From Cenarchaeum sp. (GTDB taxonomy: Archaea; Thermoproteota; Nitrososphaeria; Nitrososphaerales; Nitrosopumilaceae): DNA of 64,000 bases. The notes beneath the pieces were generated by a model, which worked only from the letters and a program-made list of their open reading frames with translations, was not told where the DNA came from and did no database searches. Numbering within the stretch: position 1 is the stretch's first letter; each line of letters opens with the position of its first letter. Where the stretch lies: the NCBI GenBank assembly GCA_963692915.1, contig OY843584.1, positions 448,001-512,000 on the forward strand. The letters run 5' to 3'. The translations under genes and the position numbers were made by a program. This document shows positions 9,686 through 20,315 of the stretch, in pieces.

Positions 9686-11256
9686 GCGGCACGATCGGAC
9701 GGGGGACGTGGATAGACAAGCTCGCCTCGGAGCTAGTCGAGCGCGAGGTGTCACTTGGGCGCGACACCGGACTCCTCAGGGTCGAGAGCGGGCTTGGCGC
9801 CTCGGGCGTGCCGCACATCGGCAGCCTCGGCGATGCCGTCAGGGCATACGGCGTGAGCCTTGCGCTTGGAAACCTGGGGTACCGCTCCGAGCTAGTCGCA
9901 TACTCGGATGACCTCGACGGGCTGCGAAAGGTGCCGGCCGGACTCGAAGGGGCATCCCTTGAGGGGCAGATTGGCCGTCCCGTCTCGGACATTGCCGACC
10001 CGCACGGGTGCCACGAGTCATATGGCTCGCACATGAGCAGCCTCCTGCTCGAGGCCCTCGACACGCTAGGCGTGCCACACACGCACATTAGCGCGCAAAA
10101 GGCCTACGCGGAGGGCCGCTTTGCGGCCCAGACCGTCGCAATACTCGAGGCCGCCGACCGGATCGGCGCGCACATTGCAGACGCGACAGGACAGGACAAG
10201 TTTCGCGGAACGCTGCCGTACTGGCCGGTGTGTGACTCGTGCGGTCGGCTCTACACGGCAGTCGCGCGTGAGCATCTTGGCGCCGGCAGGATCAGCTATG
10301 AGTGCGTTGACGCCGAGATTGGCCATGCGCTGGTGCGCGGGTGCGGCCATGCCGGCGAGACTGACGCGACACGCGGACGTGGCAAGCTCGCCTGGAAGGT
10401 CGAGTTTGCCGCACGATGGACAGCGCTTGACGTGAGGTTTGAGGCGTATGGCAAGGACATCATGGACTCTGTGATGGTCAATGACTGGGTCTCTGAGAAC
10501 GTGCTGTCGCGCGCGCCGCCACACCACGTGAAATACGAGATGTTCCTTGACCGCTCAGGCGGCAAGATATCAAAGTCTTCGGGCAACGTCTTTACGCCCC
10601 AGGCGTGGCTGCGCTATGGCACACCACAGTCTCTCCTCCTCCTGCTCTTCAAGAGGATAAAGGGGGCGCGTCGCGTGGGCGTGGAGGACATACCGCAACT
10701 TATGGACGAGCTTGCGGGCCTAGAGCGCACCTATTTTGGAATTGTCGCCGAACCCAACGCCGAGCGCCTCGAGCGCCTCAGGGGACTCTACGAGTACGCG
10801 CACCTCCTAGACCCGCCTGATGCGCCGCAGGAACGCGCGCCATACTCGCTCCTCGTCGAGCTTGCGCGCGTGTTTCGGGACGACAGGGCGAATCTTGTCG
10901 CCAAAAAGCTCGTCGAGTACGGCACGATCAAGGAACCCGGTGATGGGCTAGCAGGGGCAATAGAGCTTGCCGGCAGGTACGCAGATGACTTTGGGGGTCA
11001 CGGGGAGGCTGACATGAAGGTTGAGGATGATGCCATGCGCGCAGCGCTATCCGAGCTGGCCGACGCCCTTGACGCGCAGGCCGACGCGCAGGATGCCGTG
11101 CGTGAGGCCTCGCGGCGCCACGGCGTGCAGCCGCGCGAGATGTTTCGCACAATCTACCTTATCGTCATAGGGGCACCGTCTGGCCCGAGGCTTGGCAAGT
11201 TTGTCCGTGACATTGGCGCAGCAAAGGTGGCCTCCATGATAAGGGGGAGCCTCTGA
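9682..11256 (+). CDS. lysS: Lysine--tRNA ligase, class I
   Basis: SGVPHIGS, GKLAWKVEFAARW, FEAYGKD, KISKSSGN, GPRLG. Confidence 0.95.
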   Translation: MSGTIGRGTWIDKLASELVEREVSLGRDTGLLRVESGLGASGVPHIGSLGDAVRAYGVSLALGNLGYRSELVAYSDDLDGLRKVPAGLEGASLEGQIGRPVSDIADPHGCHESYGSHMSSLLLEALDTLGVPHTHISAQKAYAEGRFAAQTVAILEAADRIGAHIADATGQDKFRGTLPYWPVCDSCGRLYTAVAREHLGAGRISYECVDAEIGHALVRGCGHAGETDATRGRGKLAWKVEFAARWTALDVRFEAYGKDIMDSVMVNDWVSENVLSRAPPHHVKYEMFLDRSGGKISKSSGNVFTPQAWLRYGTPQSLLLLLFKRIKGARRVGVEDIPQLMDELAGLERTYFGIVAEPNAERLERLRGLYEYAHLLDPPDAPQERAPYSLLVELARVFRDDRANLVAKKLVEYGTIKEPGDGLAGAIELAGRYADDFGGHGEADMKVEDDAMRAALSELADALDAQADAQDAVREASRRHGVQPREMFRTIYLIVIGAPSGPRLGKFVRDIGAAKVASMIRGSL

Positions 11257-11259
11257 GCC

Positions 11260-11460
11260 ATGGCATACCACGCGGGGCAGGGCGCGGGCCGGCGCAGCGG
11301 CGGCTTTTTCCTGATCATCCTCGGGGCGCTCACGTTTGTGACTGCGCCGATCTACCTCGCTGACTCGCCAAACCTCGGAATCGCCGCCATCATCGCCGGA
11401 TTTGCCGCCGGAGGCGCGGGGTTTTACCTAAGCTTTGTGCGTGGGAGGCGCAGGGCATGA
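11260..11460 (+). CDS. Small two-TM membrane protein
   Basis: Two hydrophobic helices; fits between lysS and the next ORF with ATGA overlap. Confidence 0.7.
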   Translation: MAYHAGQGAGRRSGGFFLIILGALTFVTAPIYLADSPNLGIAAIIAGFAAGGAGFYLSFVRGRRRA

Positions 11461-12338
11461 AAGCAACAAATTCGGGCAATCGCGCAGCCGGCGTCATGCG
11501 CTGGTTCCGACGCGGGGGCGATGATGACGGCAGTGGCGTGGAAGGCGACGACTCGCATGCCGACAAGCACGACGAGGGTCACGATGCCCAGGGGATACAG
11601 GAGACAGAGACTGCCCCTCCTGCTGATGCCGGCACGGACGCCTTGAGCGAGGATGAGCACCCAAAGGATGCCGACACTGCCATTGACGCGCGCACGGTCA
11701 CGGCGTCGCGCTCAATTGATGCGCTAAACGCCAAGCTCGAGAGCGTGAAAAAAGAGTATGACGGAGCAGTTGGGAGCCTTCTTGCGGCAAAGGGGGAGCT
11801 TGCGGCCAAGAGACGCGAGTCGACAGTTGCAAATGCCGCGTGCGAAAAGCTCAAAAAAAGGGCTGACGAGCTTGACGCGCAGATCAGGGAATCAGAGCTC
11901 CAGTATGCCGAGGTTCGCTCAAACCTGCGAAGTCGCGAGGACGCAAGCAGCGAGCTTGCAAGGGTTAACACGGAGCTTGACTCTAGGCAGCGTGCGCTAG
12001 AAGAGCTCAACTCAAAGATCGCCGAGGCCGCATCAGAGCTTGACGGAATTGCGCAAAGGCGCAAGGCTGCCGAGGCAGAGCTCAAAAAGTTTGGCGAGCT
12101 GCTCCAAAAGACACGATCAATGATCAAAGAGTCCAACAAGGCCTCGCAGGCAAAACCTGGAGGTGGAGCCGATGTCATGCGCGCTGCAAGCTCAATGGTC
12201 GCATCGCTCAACGACAGGATTGATGCGGCGGACAAGGAGATTGCAACACTTCGCGCCTTGCTCGAAAAGGAGAGACGCGAGCACACAAAGTCCAAAAAGC
12301 GCCTTGAAGAGCTGGCGCATGATGACGATGCCGACTAG
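11457..12338 (+). CDS. Long coiled-coil protein with an acidic disordered N-terminus
   Basis: D/E-rich first 80 aa followed by continuous heptad-rich helix. Confidence 0.8.
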   Translation: MKATNSGNRAAGVMRWFRRGGDDDGSGVEGDDSHADKHDEGHDAQGIQETETAPPADAGTDALSEDEHPKDADTAIDARTVTASRSIDALNAKLESVKKEYDGAVGSLLAAKGELAAKRRESTVANAACEKLKKRADELDAQIRESELQYAEVRSNLRSREDASSELARVNTELDSRQRALEELNSKIAEAASELDGIAQRRKAAEAELKKFGELLQKTRSMIKESNKASQAKPGGGADVMRAASSMVASLNDRIDAADKEIATLRALLEKERREHTKSKKRLEELAHDDDAD

Positions 12339-12781
12339 TGCATGCCATAACGCCGCGTCCATGCCTCGCGTATCTCCTCCTCGCGCATTCCGGTGTCATA
12401 CAGCGGCGATGTCACCTCCGAGATCGACTCTACGTCAACTATTGCGACTGCCTTGATGTGACTACGAACTCCCATCTCAGAGTAGGCGCGCATCGCATCC
12501 TCAAACTCGGGGCCAGAGGCGCAAGCGCGGGCCTTTCCGACAAAGAGGTACCCGCGACGTGAGAGCGGGTCTATTGCGCTAATCTCGACTGCGGGGTTTT
12601 TGGCAATGTTTGCCATGGTGTCTGGCGAGCGAATGTCCGCAAAGGCTAGGTGTGAAGAGCCAAGCGGGACTATGGTTCCCTTTGGCGAGACATTTGGCCT
12701 GCCGGCAGGGGAGACTGTGGCCACAAACCCGAGGCGCACGCGCTTGAGAAATGCGGCAATCTCGGGGGTTATCTCGGGCAA
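12335..12781 (-). CDS. Pyridoxamine 5'-phosphate oxidase-like FMN-binding protein
   Basis: FVATVSPAGRPNVSPKG, FADIRSPDTMANIAKNP; TTG start inferred. Confidence 0.85.
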   Translation of the reverse strand: MPEITPEIAAFLKRVRLGFVATVSPAGRPNVSPKGTIVPLGSSHLAFADIRSPDTMANIAKNPAVEISAIDPLSRRGYLFVGKARACASGPEFEDAMRAYSEMGVRSHIKAVAIVDVESISEVTSPLYDTGMREEEIREAWTRRYGMH

Positions 12782-12972
12782 TGAGCCTCGCTCAGGGCAT
12801 GCCTGATTTAACGCAACCGCGCCCAGGGTGCGTGTGCGTGCAAGGGCATGCCGGCGCGATGCCACACGCCGCATGGCAGGCAGCGGATCCACGTGCTACG
12901 CCCCATGACCTTTTAAGGCGATGCGCACTCATACCAACGCTTTAAACCATGCCGACTTGCCACATGCGCGAA

Positions 12973-14661
12973 ATGGCAGAGATGATGGGAGCCACGGCAC
13001 TCATGCACGCCCTCGACGGAGAGGGCGTAAAGCAGGTCTTTGGGCTTCCCGGTGGGGCCAACCTGCCAATGTATGACGAGCTCTCAAAGTCTGACATACG
13101 CCACATACTAGTGCGCCATGAGCAATCCGCTGCGCACATGGCCGACGGCTTTGGTCGCGTCAGCCGCAAGCCTGGCGTCTGCTTTGCGACATCCGGACCC
13201 GGCGCAACAAACCTCCTAACCGGAATCGCGACGGCGTACGCCGACTCGGCTCCAATGGTGGCAATCACGGGCCAGGTTCCGGTAAAGATGATTGGGCGTG
13301 ACGCATTTCAGGAGAGTGACATTATAGGAATGGCAAACCCTGTCGTAAAGTACGCGTTCCAGCCTCGCGCACCAGACGAAATTCCAGAATCGACCAAAAA
13401 GGCGTTCTTTATCGCCGAGACGGGCAGGCCTGGACCGGTTCTCGTTGACATTCCCAAGGACGTGCAGACTGATACTGCCGAGATGACGTTTCCAGACGAG
13501 TTTCGCATACGCGGATACCATCCATGGACGGATCCTGACATACCTAGCATCGAGCGCGCCATAGACCTCCTCCTATCATCAGAAAAGCCCGTGATACTTG
13601 CCGGCGGCGGGACAATAATATCCTCGGCATTCGCCGAACTGCAGGCGATAGCCGAGATGCTCCTGATACCCGTTGCGACAACGTTCAAGGGCAAGGGCGC
13701 CTTTCCCGAAAACCATGCGCTATCCCTCGGGCCAATCGGCATGCACGGGCATGCAGAGGCCAACAAGATAATGACCGAGGCTGACTGCGTACTTGCTATA
13801 GGGACACGCTTTTCGGACAGGTCTGTCGGGACGTTTGAGGAGTTTGAAAAGAACCTAAAGATCATACACATGGACGTGGATCCGGCCGAGATTGGCAAGA
13901 ACCAGAAGACAAGCGTCGCCGTCGTCGGTGACGTGCGCTCGTCGTTGCGCATCATGGTAAAGATGCTCCAAAAACGGTCTCCCTCGGCGCGTGAGGAGGG
14001 CGCCTGGGTTCGTCACGCAAAGGAGACGCGCGACTATTGGCAGGAAAACCTAAAGATTCCAAGCGGCGAGATGGTGGCATCGCGCATACTAAAGCGTCTG
14101 CGCGACGTTCTGCCAGCCGAGTCAATAGTGACCACGGAGGTCGGGCAGCACCAGATGTGGGCCTCGCTCTTTTACAATGTCATTGAGCCTGGCACGTTCT
14201 TTAGCTCTACAGGGCTTGGAACCATGGGGTGGGGCTTTCCTGCGGCCATTGGGGCCAAGGTCGCGCGCCCTGATGTGCCCGTAATTGACATTGCCGGCGA
14301 TGGCAGCTTTAACATGACAGAGAACTCGCTGGCAACGTCGGTGACTGAGGACATCCCGGTAATCGTGTTCCTCATCAACAACTATTTGCTCGGCATGGTC
14401 GCGCAATGGCAGCGCACGTTCTATGAGCGCAGGATGATAGGAGTTGACCAAAAGGAGTGTCCTGACTATGTAAAGCTCGCCCAGGCGTATGGCGCCGAGG
14501 GCATCAAGGCTGAATCGCTCGACGAGATTGGTTCGGCCGTACGCACCGCGCTGTCGAACAACGTGGCAACGGTGATTGACATACCAATAAATCCGGAGGA
14601 GGACGTGCTTCCGTTTGTGGCGCCAGGAACGCCGCTGCGGGACATGATCCTGCCGTCGTGA
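12973..14661 (+). CDS. ilvB: Acetolactate synthase large subunit
   Basis: VFGLPGG, RHEQSAAHMADG, TSGPGATN, GRPGPV, GQHQMW, GDGSF ThDP motif. Confidence 0.97.
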   Translation: MAEMMGATALMHALDGEGVKQVFGLPGGANLPMYDELSKSDIRHILVRHEQSAAHMADGFGRVSRKPGVCFATSGPGATNLLTGIATAYADSAPMVAITGQVPVKMIGRDAFQESDIIGMANPVVKYAFQPRAPDEIPESTKKAFFIAETGRPGPVLVDIPKDVQTDTAEMTFPDEFRIRGYHPWTDPDIPSIERAIDLLLSSEKPVILAGGGTIISSAFAELQAIAEMLLIPVATTFKGKGAFPENHALSLGPIGMHGHAEANKIMTEADCVLAIGTRFSDRSVGTFEEFEKNLKIIHMDVDPAEIGKNQKTSVAVVGDVRSSLRIMVKMLQKRSPSAREEGAWVRHAKETRDYWQENLKIPSGEMVASRILKRLRDVLPAESIVTTEVGQHQMWASLFYNVIEPGTFFSSTGLGTMGWGFPAAIGAKVARPDVPVIDIAGDGSFNMTENSLATSVTEDIPVIVFLINNYLLGMVAQWQRTFYERRMIGVDQKECPDYVKLAQAYGAEGIKAESLDEIGSAVRTALSNNVATVIDIPINPEEDVLPFVAPGTPLRDMILPS

Positions 14662-14667
14662 GGTGAT

Positions 14668-15156
14668 TTGGCGTTGACAATACTATCGATAAAGGTGGAG
14701 AACAGGCCTGGGATACTCTGGAAGGTGACACACCTGTTCAGATCGCGCAACTTTAACATTGAGAGCATATCTGTGGGACCGACAGAGGATCCAGAGTTTT
14801 CAAGAATGACGATATCCGTGAGCAACCAGGATTCCCGCCAGGTGGCCCAGATGATAAAGCAGCTCAACAAGCTCATCGACACCGTAGAGGTGTCCTCACT
14901 TGACGAGCACAAGACCGTGTTTCGCGAGCTTGCGATATTCAAGATACGGCTTGGGGGCGCAAAGGACAGCATGGAGATAAACAAGCTTGCACTCGCGTAC
15001 GGCGGCAAGGTGCATGATGTCAGGCGTGACTCGATAATGGTCGAGCTTACTGCACCGCCTGACCAGGTGTCTGCCTTTGAGGATCTTGTCAGACCGTTTG
15101 GGATAATAGAGGTCGCGCGCACCGGAATGGCAGCCCTCCAGAGGGCCGGTGCGTGA
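14668..15156 (+). CDS. ilvN: Acetolactate synthase small (regulatory) subunit
   Basis: ACT domain VENRPGIL, FNIESISVG, KQLNKLID, EVARTG. Confidence 0.95.
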   Translation: MALTILSIKVENRPGILWKVTHLFRSRNFNIESISVGPTEDPEFSRMTISVSNQDSRQVAQMIKQLNKLIDTVEVSSLDEHKTVFRELAIFKIRLGGAKDSMEINKLALAYGGKVHDVRRDSIMVELTAPPDQVSAFEDLVRPFGIIEVARTGMAALQRAGA

Positions 15157-15178
15157 GTGCCGGCAGGCCGACGTCTCC

Positions 15179-16198
15179 ATGCACCGCATATCGCTTGTCA
15201 CGGGTGACGGAATTGGCCCCGAGCTTGCCGATGCCACGGAGCTTGTCCTCGATAAGGCTCGCAGCGCGCTCCACGTGGACATTGGAATAGAGCGCGTGCA
15301 GGCCGGCGATGCTGCCCTCGCCTCATGCGGCAATGCCATGCCAGAGGCAACGCTTGAGGCGATCCGCTCCTCTGATGCGTGCCTCAAGGCCCCTGTCGGC
15401 GAGAGCGCAAGGGACGTGATCGTGTTCCTTCGAAGCGAGCTTGATCTCTATGCAAACATAAGACCGGCACGCTCGTATCCGGGAATGCCGGCACTTCGTG
15501 AGGACATTGATCTTGTCATCGTGCGCGAAAACACCGAGGACGTGTACACCGGCGGAGAAGTTGACCTTGGAGGCGGCGCCGGCGTTGCGCTCAGAACGGT
15601 GTCTGATGGCGCGTCTGAGAGGATAGCGCGTTGCGCGTTTGAGGAGGCCAGGGCACGCGCAAAAAAGCGCCGCGTCACGTGCGTTCACAAGGCCAACGTG
15701 ATGCGCATCACCGACGGGATATTCTCCCGCGCGTGCGCGCGCGTGGCCTCCGAGTATGAGGACATTGAGTTTGACGAGATGTACGTTGATGCGTGCGCCA
15801 TGAACCTCATTCGCGAGCCGCAAAAGTTTGACGTTATTGTCACGACGAACATGTTCGGGGACATACTCTCTGACGAGTCAGCACAAGCAGTCGGCGGCCT
15901 TGGAATGGCGCCGGCTGCAAACATTGGAGAGTCCGCTGCCATCTTTGAGCCTGTCCACGGGGCTGCCTTTGACATTGCCGGCACTCAGTCAGCCAACCCG
16001 TCATCGTTCATCCTCTCGGCATGCATGATGCTAGAATGGCTGGGTCGGACCAGGGACGATCCGCACTGCACCAGGGCCGCCTCTGGCCTCTCTGATGCGG
16101 TATACGGCACGGTTGCATCTGGAGCCAAGACGCGCGATATAGGCGGCACGCTCTCCACGCTAGAGTTTGCCCAAGAGGTCGCCTCGCGCCTGTCCTAG
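15179..16198 (+). CDS. leuB: Isopropylmalate/isocitrate dehydrogenase family (probably 3-isopropylmalate dehydrogenase)
   Basis: [41 protein letters not shown]; ilv context. Confidence 0.8.
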   Translation: MHRISLVTGDGIGPELADATELVLDKARSALHVDIGIERVQAGDAALASCGNAMPEATLEAIRSSDACLKAPVGESARDVIVFLRSELDLYANIRPARSYPGMPALREDIDLVIVRENTEDVYTGGEVDLGGGAGVALRTVSDGASERIARCAFEEARARAKKRRVTCVHKANVMRITDGIFSRACARVASEYEDIEFDEMYVDACAMNLIREPQKFDVIVTTNMFGDILSDESAQAVGGLGMAPAANIGESAAIFEPVHGAAFDIAGTQSANPSSFILSACMMLEWLGRTRDDPHCTRAASGLSDAVYGTVASGAKTRDIGGTLSTLEFAQEVASRLS

Positions 16199-17481
16199 GG
16201 CGAGAGCCTGTCGGGGTCGCGCGGGTACAGGACGGCTTCCCTGACGTTGTCAAGGCCGGCGATGAGCGTGACGAGCCTGTCCAGGCCCATGCCCCACCCC
16301 GAGTGCGGCGGCATTCCCCACGCAAACGACTCCAGGTGTGGGCCAAAGCCGGCGGGATCCAGGCCCTGCTCCTTTAGGCGCTCGCGCAGGATCGCCGGAT
16401 CGTGCAGCCTAGTGCCGCCCGAGGAGAGCTCTAGGTGCCCGTGCTGCAGGTCAAACGAGTGCGAGATCGATGCGTCATTGTCTCGCGGCATTATGTAGAA
16501 CGGCTTTAGCGCAGTCGGCCAGCCGGTAAGAAAGTAAAATCCGGGGTGGTTCTTGCCGACTATCTTGAGGTGCGAGTCAAGGAGGTCATCGCCCTGGCTA
16601 ATGTCCTCGCCTGCCTCGCGCAGCTCATCTACTGCCTGCGTGTACGTCACGCGCTCAAACGGCCTGTTCGGCGTGCCAATCGTGCCCTCCATGACACTTG
16701 CAGCATCAGCGCACGCTGTGGTGACAAGCTCCTCGAGTGTGTGCATGACATCCTCGTCGTCCATGAACGCCGCCTCAATGTCAACGCTGGTAAACTCGCT
16801 TAGGTGCCTGCCGGTGTGGGACTTTTCAGCACGGTAAAAGTTGGCAATCTCGTACACGCTGCCCAGGCCCATGGTCATCTGTTCCTTGTAGAGCTGTGGG
16901 CTTTGCGCAAGGTATGCAGTGCGTCCAAAATACTCTAGGGAGAACAGGTTTGCGCCGCCCTCACTTGCGCTCCCGATTATCTTTGGCGTTGTTATCTCCA
17001 TAAATCCGAGACTTGCAAATGTGTTTCTGAGCGATGAGAGCACGCCGGCGCGGAGGCGAAATATTGCCGCACTCTTTGCGTTGCGCATGTCTAGCGCGCG
17101 TGCGTTGAGACGTGCGTCAATTCCGCTCTCAAGCCTGCCTATTGGGTCTATGGGGAGCATCTGCGCTGCTTGCCCAAGGACGGTGACCTCCTCGGCGGAT
17201 ATCTCATAGTCCAGCCCGCGCGCGCGCGTCTCCTGCACCGGACCGGTCACGCGCACGGCACTCTGCCGCGCTATCGACGAGGCCTCATCGGCAAGGCTGC
17301 CCTTTGCTATTGCCTGCGCAACTCCGGTGTGGTCGCGAATGGTCAGGAACGTCACCTTGCCAAGGGCCCTGCTGTCCTCGACCCAGCCCGCTATGCCAAC
17401 GCGCTCGCCGACCATCTCGCGCGTGATGCCTGATATGACGTGAGTGCGACCGTATCCCAATGCCGTGCGCGAGTCGAGCAT
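16195..17481 (-). CDS. aspS: Aspartate--tRNA ligase, probably the discriminating type
   Basis: OB fold, SEGGANLF, LAQSPQLYKE, GMPPHSGWGMGLDR, YPRD; RALG rather than RxHG in the anticodon domain. Confidence 0.9.
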   Translation of the reverse strand: MLDSRTALGYGRTHVISGITREMVGERVGIAGWVEDSRALGKVTFLTIRDHTGVAQAIAKGSLADEASSIARQSAVRVTGPVQETRARGLDYEISAEEVTVLGQAAQMLPIDPIGRLESGIDARLNARALDMRNAKSAAIFRLRAGVLSSLRNTFASLGFMEITTPKIIGSASEGGANLFSLEYFGRTAYLAQSPQLYKEQMTMGLGSVYEIANFYRAEKSHTGRHLSEFTSVDIEAAFMDDEDVMHTLEELVTTACADAASVMEGTIGTPNRPFERVTYTQAVDELREAGEDISQGDDLLDSHLKIVGKNHPGFYFLTGWPTALKPFYIMPRDNDASISHSFDLQHGHLELSSGGTRLHDPAILRERLKEQGLDPAGFGPHLESFAWGMPPHSGWGMGLDRLVTLIAGLDNVREAVLYPRDPDRLSP

Positions 17482-17491
17482 GTCGCTATTA

Positions 17492-18685
17492 TCAAGATTT
17501 CGCACGATCCGGGGCATCGGCAATGTCCACGTCGGCAAAATCAGCACACTTGCAGGAGCAACGAACCTCAAGGAGGTCAGAGACGTTTGGGCTGACATCA
17601 GGTCCCTCGACGAACCTGCGTATGGGAAACCCGCCGTCGACCCTGAGGCGTAGCGTGAATGATCGTGGCGATGACCTTCTGTACGACACCGAGTGTATGG
17701 TGCGCCGCTGCATCCGTGTCCCATAGTCAGTCACCGGACCACGAAGCGATCGGAGGCTCGCAATGGACTCCTCGCCGATCTCCTCGTCTGACCCAATGTC
17801 AAGAATGGCCGTTAGCGAAAAGGCCGGAGCTGTCTTGGGGGGCGTGTTCACGCGGTGCGCGCACAGCAGCGTAACGCCACCAAGATTCACGCGTTTTGGG
17901 AACGCCACCCGCCTCCTTGTCGGGCATGCAAGCCTCACAAAGAATGGCCTTCCCCTCCCGCTGACCCTCCCGCCGCGCTCTTCGCTTCCACACCACGAGA
18001 ACCTTGCCTGCCTGGCGCCAAGCGCATCACACAGAAACTCGGCGAGCCTTCCCTCGACGCTGCACGTTCCTGACATGCCGCGCCTGCCGCACCTGACACA
18101 TCCCTTGCCAGAGCACACCCTGCAGCGCTCCTGCTTTTGCGGCATGTCGCGCGACTCTTTTGTGTAGCTTGCGCGCACATGCACGGGACGAGTCTCGATG
18201 CTGACGGATCCGTCCCTGAGGTCAACTTTTAGGGTCATCTCGGGTGATTTTGTGTCTGCGCGAGTGTGCGTTCTGCGCGCAAACATCCTCGAGAGCGTGT
18301 GTGTGACATCGGCCTTTATGCTCGGCGTGCCGCGCAGCCTGTATCTTGAGCGCATCGAGTCATCGGCATCTAGGACAGACGGCTTTAGCGTCGCGCCGAC
18401 AAGAAACGTGCCAAACTCGATCTCAGATGACAGGCGAACCATCTCGTCACAGACCGCATCGAGTCTCGCAAAGAGTCCACGGCACACAGAACACCTTGTG
18501 GCCTCGGCGTACCCTGCAGCCTCGCGCAGCCTCTTGCCCAGCCGTGCTGCGTCAGTTGCGCGCGCACGGCGCAAAAATGCCCTCCCTGCGCAGTGGTCAC
18601 AGAGCGGCCCGTCATCATGCATACTGTGTGCCTCCTCTGCTAGACTGCGGGCTATCCTGCCCATGGGCAGTCCACGACAGCCCAT
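17492..18685 (-). CDS. pus10: tRNA pseudouridine(54/55) synthase Pus10-like, with an atypical catalytic motif
   Basis: LCDHCAGR and CSVC Zn site, THUMP-like region, YTKESRDMPQ, GRPF, DGGFPIRRFVEG; motif GSEE instead of GRED. Confidence 0.85.
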   Translation of the reverse strand: MGCRGLPMGRIARSLAEEAHSMHDDGPLCDHCAGRAFLRRARATDAARLGKRLREAAGYAEATRCSVCRGLFARLDAVCDEMVRLSSEIEFGTFLVGATLKPSVLDADDSMRSRYRLRGTPSIKADVTHTLSRMFARRTHTRADTKSPEMTLKVDLRDGSVSIETRPVHVRASYTKESRDMPQKQERCRVCSGKGCVRCGRRGMSGTCSVEGRLAEFLCDALGARQARFSWCGSEERGGRVSGRGRPFFVRLACPTRRRVAFPKRVNLGGVTLLCAHRVNTPPKTAPAFSLTAILDIGSDEEIGEESIASLRSLRGPVTDYGTRMQRRTIHSVSYRRSSPRSFTLRLRVDGGFPIRRFVEGPDVSPNVSDLLEVRCSCKCADFADVDIADAPDRAKS

Positions 18686-18716
18686 TTTATTAGCATTTGA
18701 CGCACTTGCGGCGTGG

Positions 18717-20315
18717 TTACTGCGCGGGGGGTCCGGCCGAGGCGATGTCCCCAAACGCGTCGCCAAACTTTGCAAAGTTGTCGACGAACATGCGGGCCAG
18801 GCGTGAGGCCATTGCGTCATATGCGACCCCGTCGGCCCAGCTCGCCCTCGGATCCAGCATCGCCTCGGGCACGCCAGGGCACGCCTCGGGCACATCTAGG
18901 TTGAACGTGCCGTTGTGCACATACTTTGCGTGGTCAAGAGTCCCGCCTACGGCTGCTGCGACTATTGCCCTGCTGTGCGATATGGCAATGCGCTTGCCTG
19001 TGCCATACGGCCCGCCAGTCCAGCCCGTGTTTATCAGGTACACCGACGTGCCATGGGCGTCAATCCTGTCGCCTAGCATGCGCGCGTATTCGGCTGCCGG
19101 CCGTGGCATGAACGGGGCTCCAAAGCACTCCGAGAAGACGGCCTTTGGCTCCTTTATGCCCCGCTCAGTGCCTGCAAGCTTGCTCGTGTATCCGGACATA
19201 AAGTGGTACATTGATCCACCTCGCGTGAGGCGTGAGACTGGCGGCAGGACGCCCATCGCGTCAGTCGTGAGAAAGACGATCACACTGGCATGTCCCCCCA
19301 CACTCGGCGAGACTGCCCCAGGAATATAGTCTAGCGGATATGCCACGCGCGTGTTCTCTGTAAAGCTCCCGTCATCAAATTCTGGCTCGCGTGTTTCTGA
19401 GTCGAGCACGACATTCTCGAGAACGGCGCCCGGCCTTATTGCTCCCCATATCTGCGGCTCTGCCTCGCGCCTGAGATTTATGCACTTTGCATAGCATCCA
19501 CCCTCCATGTTGAATGTTCCTGTGGGTGACCAGCCGTGTTCATCATCACCGATTAGCCTGCGCGACGGATCGGCTGACAGCGTCGTCTTGCCGGTTCCTG
19601 ACAGCCCAAAAAAAAGTGCGGTTTTGCCGTCTGCCCCTATGTTTGCCGAGCAGTGCATCGGAAGGACATCCCTACCGGGCAGGACATGGTTCATTACCGA
19701 AAATAGCGCCTTTTTCATTTCGCCCGCATACCGTGTTCCGCCGATAATGACCAGGCGCTGCTTTATGCCAATTAGTATAAACGCCTCTGAACGCGTGCCG
19801 TCCCTGGCGGGGTCGGCCTCAAAGTCGTTGAGACATAGGACGGTGAACTCGGGAACATGGGATGCCATCTCGGCTGCCGTTGGCCTGATGAAGAGCTGCC
19901 GTGCGAACAGGCTTTGCCACGCATGGTCATTTATGACGCGTATTGCCATTCGTGTCTGCGGATCTGCCCCAACAAACCCGTCAAAGGCATACAGCTCCTT
20001 GCCGTCTGCACTCTGCTTCATCCTCTCGGCCAGGGCCTCAAACTTTGATGGATCGAACTTTTTGTTTATCGAGCCCCAGTCCACAGTGTCATGCGTGATC
20101 TCGTCGTCGATGATAAACCGGTCAGACGGCGAGCGGCCAGTGTACTTGCCCGTCTGGACCGCCAGGGCTCCAGTGGAGGAGACGACGCCCTCGCCGGCGT
20201 TGACTGCTATGGCCGTGATCTCGGCCGGATCGAGGTTCCGGTGCACGCGCGCCGGCCGGAGGCCAAACTCGCGTATCTGCGCGCCAAAGTCGGCTGCGCT
20301 AGCCTCAGAGGCCAG
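18717..20315 (-). CDS. pckA: Phosphoenolpyruvate carboxykinase (ATP)
   Basis: TGKYTGRSP, YAGEMKK, GLSGTGKTTLS, IGDDEHGW, EGGCYAK, YLINTGW; CTG start at 20315 inferred (first GTG is at 20246). Confidence 0.95.
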   Translation of the reverse strand: MASEASAADFGAQIREFGLRPARVHRNLDPAEITAIAVNAGEGVVSSTGALAVQTGKYTGRSPSDRFIIDDEITHDTVDWGSINKKFDPSKFEALAERMKQSADGKELYAFDGFVGADPQTRMAIRVINDHAWQSLFARQLFIRPTAAEMASHVPEFTVLCLNDFEADPARDGTRSEAFILIGIKQRLVIIGGTRYAGEMKKALFSVMNHVLPGRDVLPMHCSANIGADGKTALFFGLSGTGKTTLSADPSRRLIGDDEHGWSPTGTFNMEGGCYAKCINLRREAEPQIWGAIRPGAVLENVVLDSETREPEFDDGSFTENTRVAYPLDYIPGAVSPSVGGHASVIVFLTTDAMGVLPPVSRLTRGGSMYHFMSGYTSKLAGTERGIKEPKAVFSECFGAPFMPRPAAEYARMLGDRIDAHGTSVYLINTGWTGGPYGTGKRIAISHSRAIVAAAVGGTLDHAKYVHNGTFNLDVPEACPGVPEAMLDPRASWADGVAYDAMASRLARMFVDNFAKFGDAFGDIASAGPPAQ

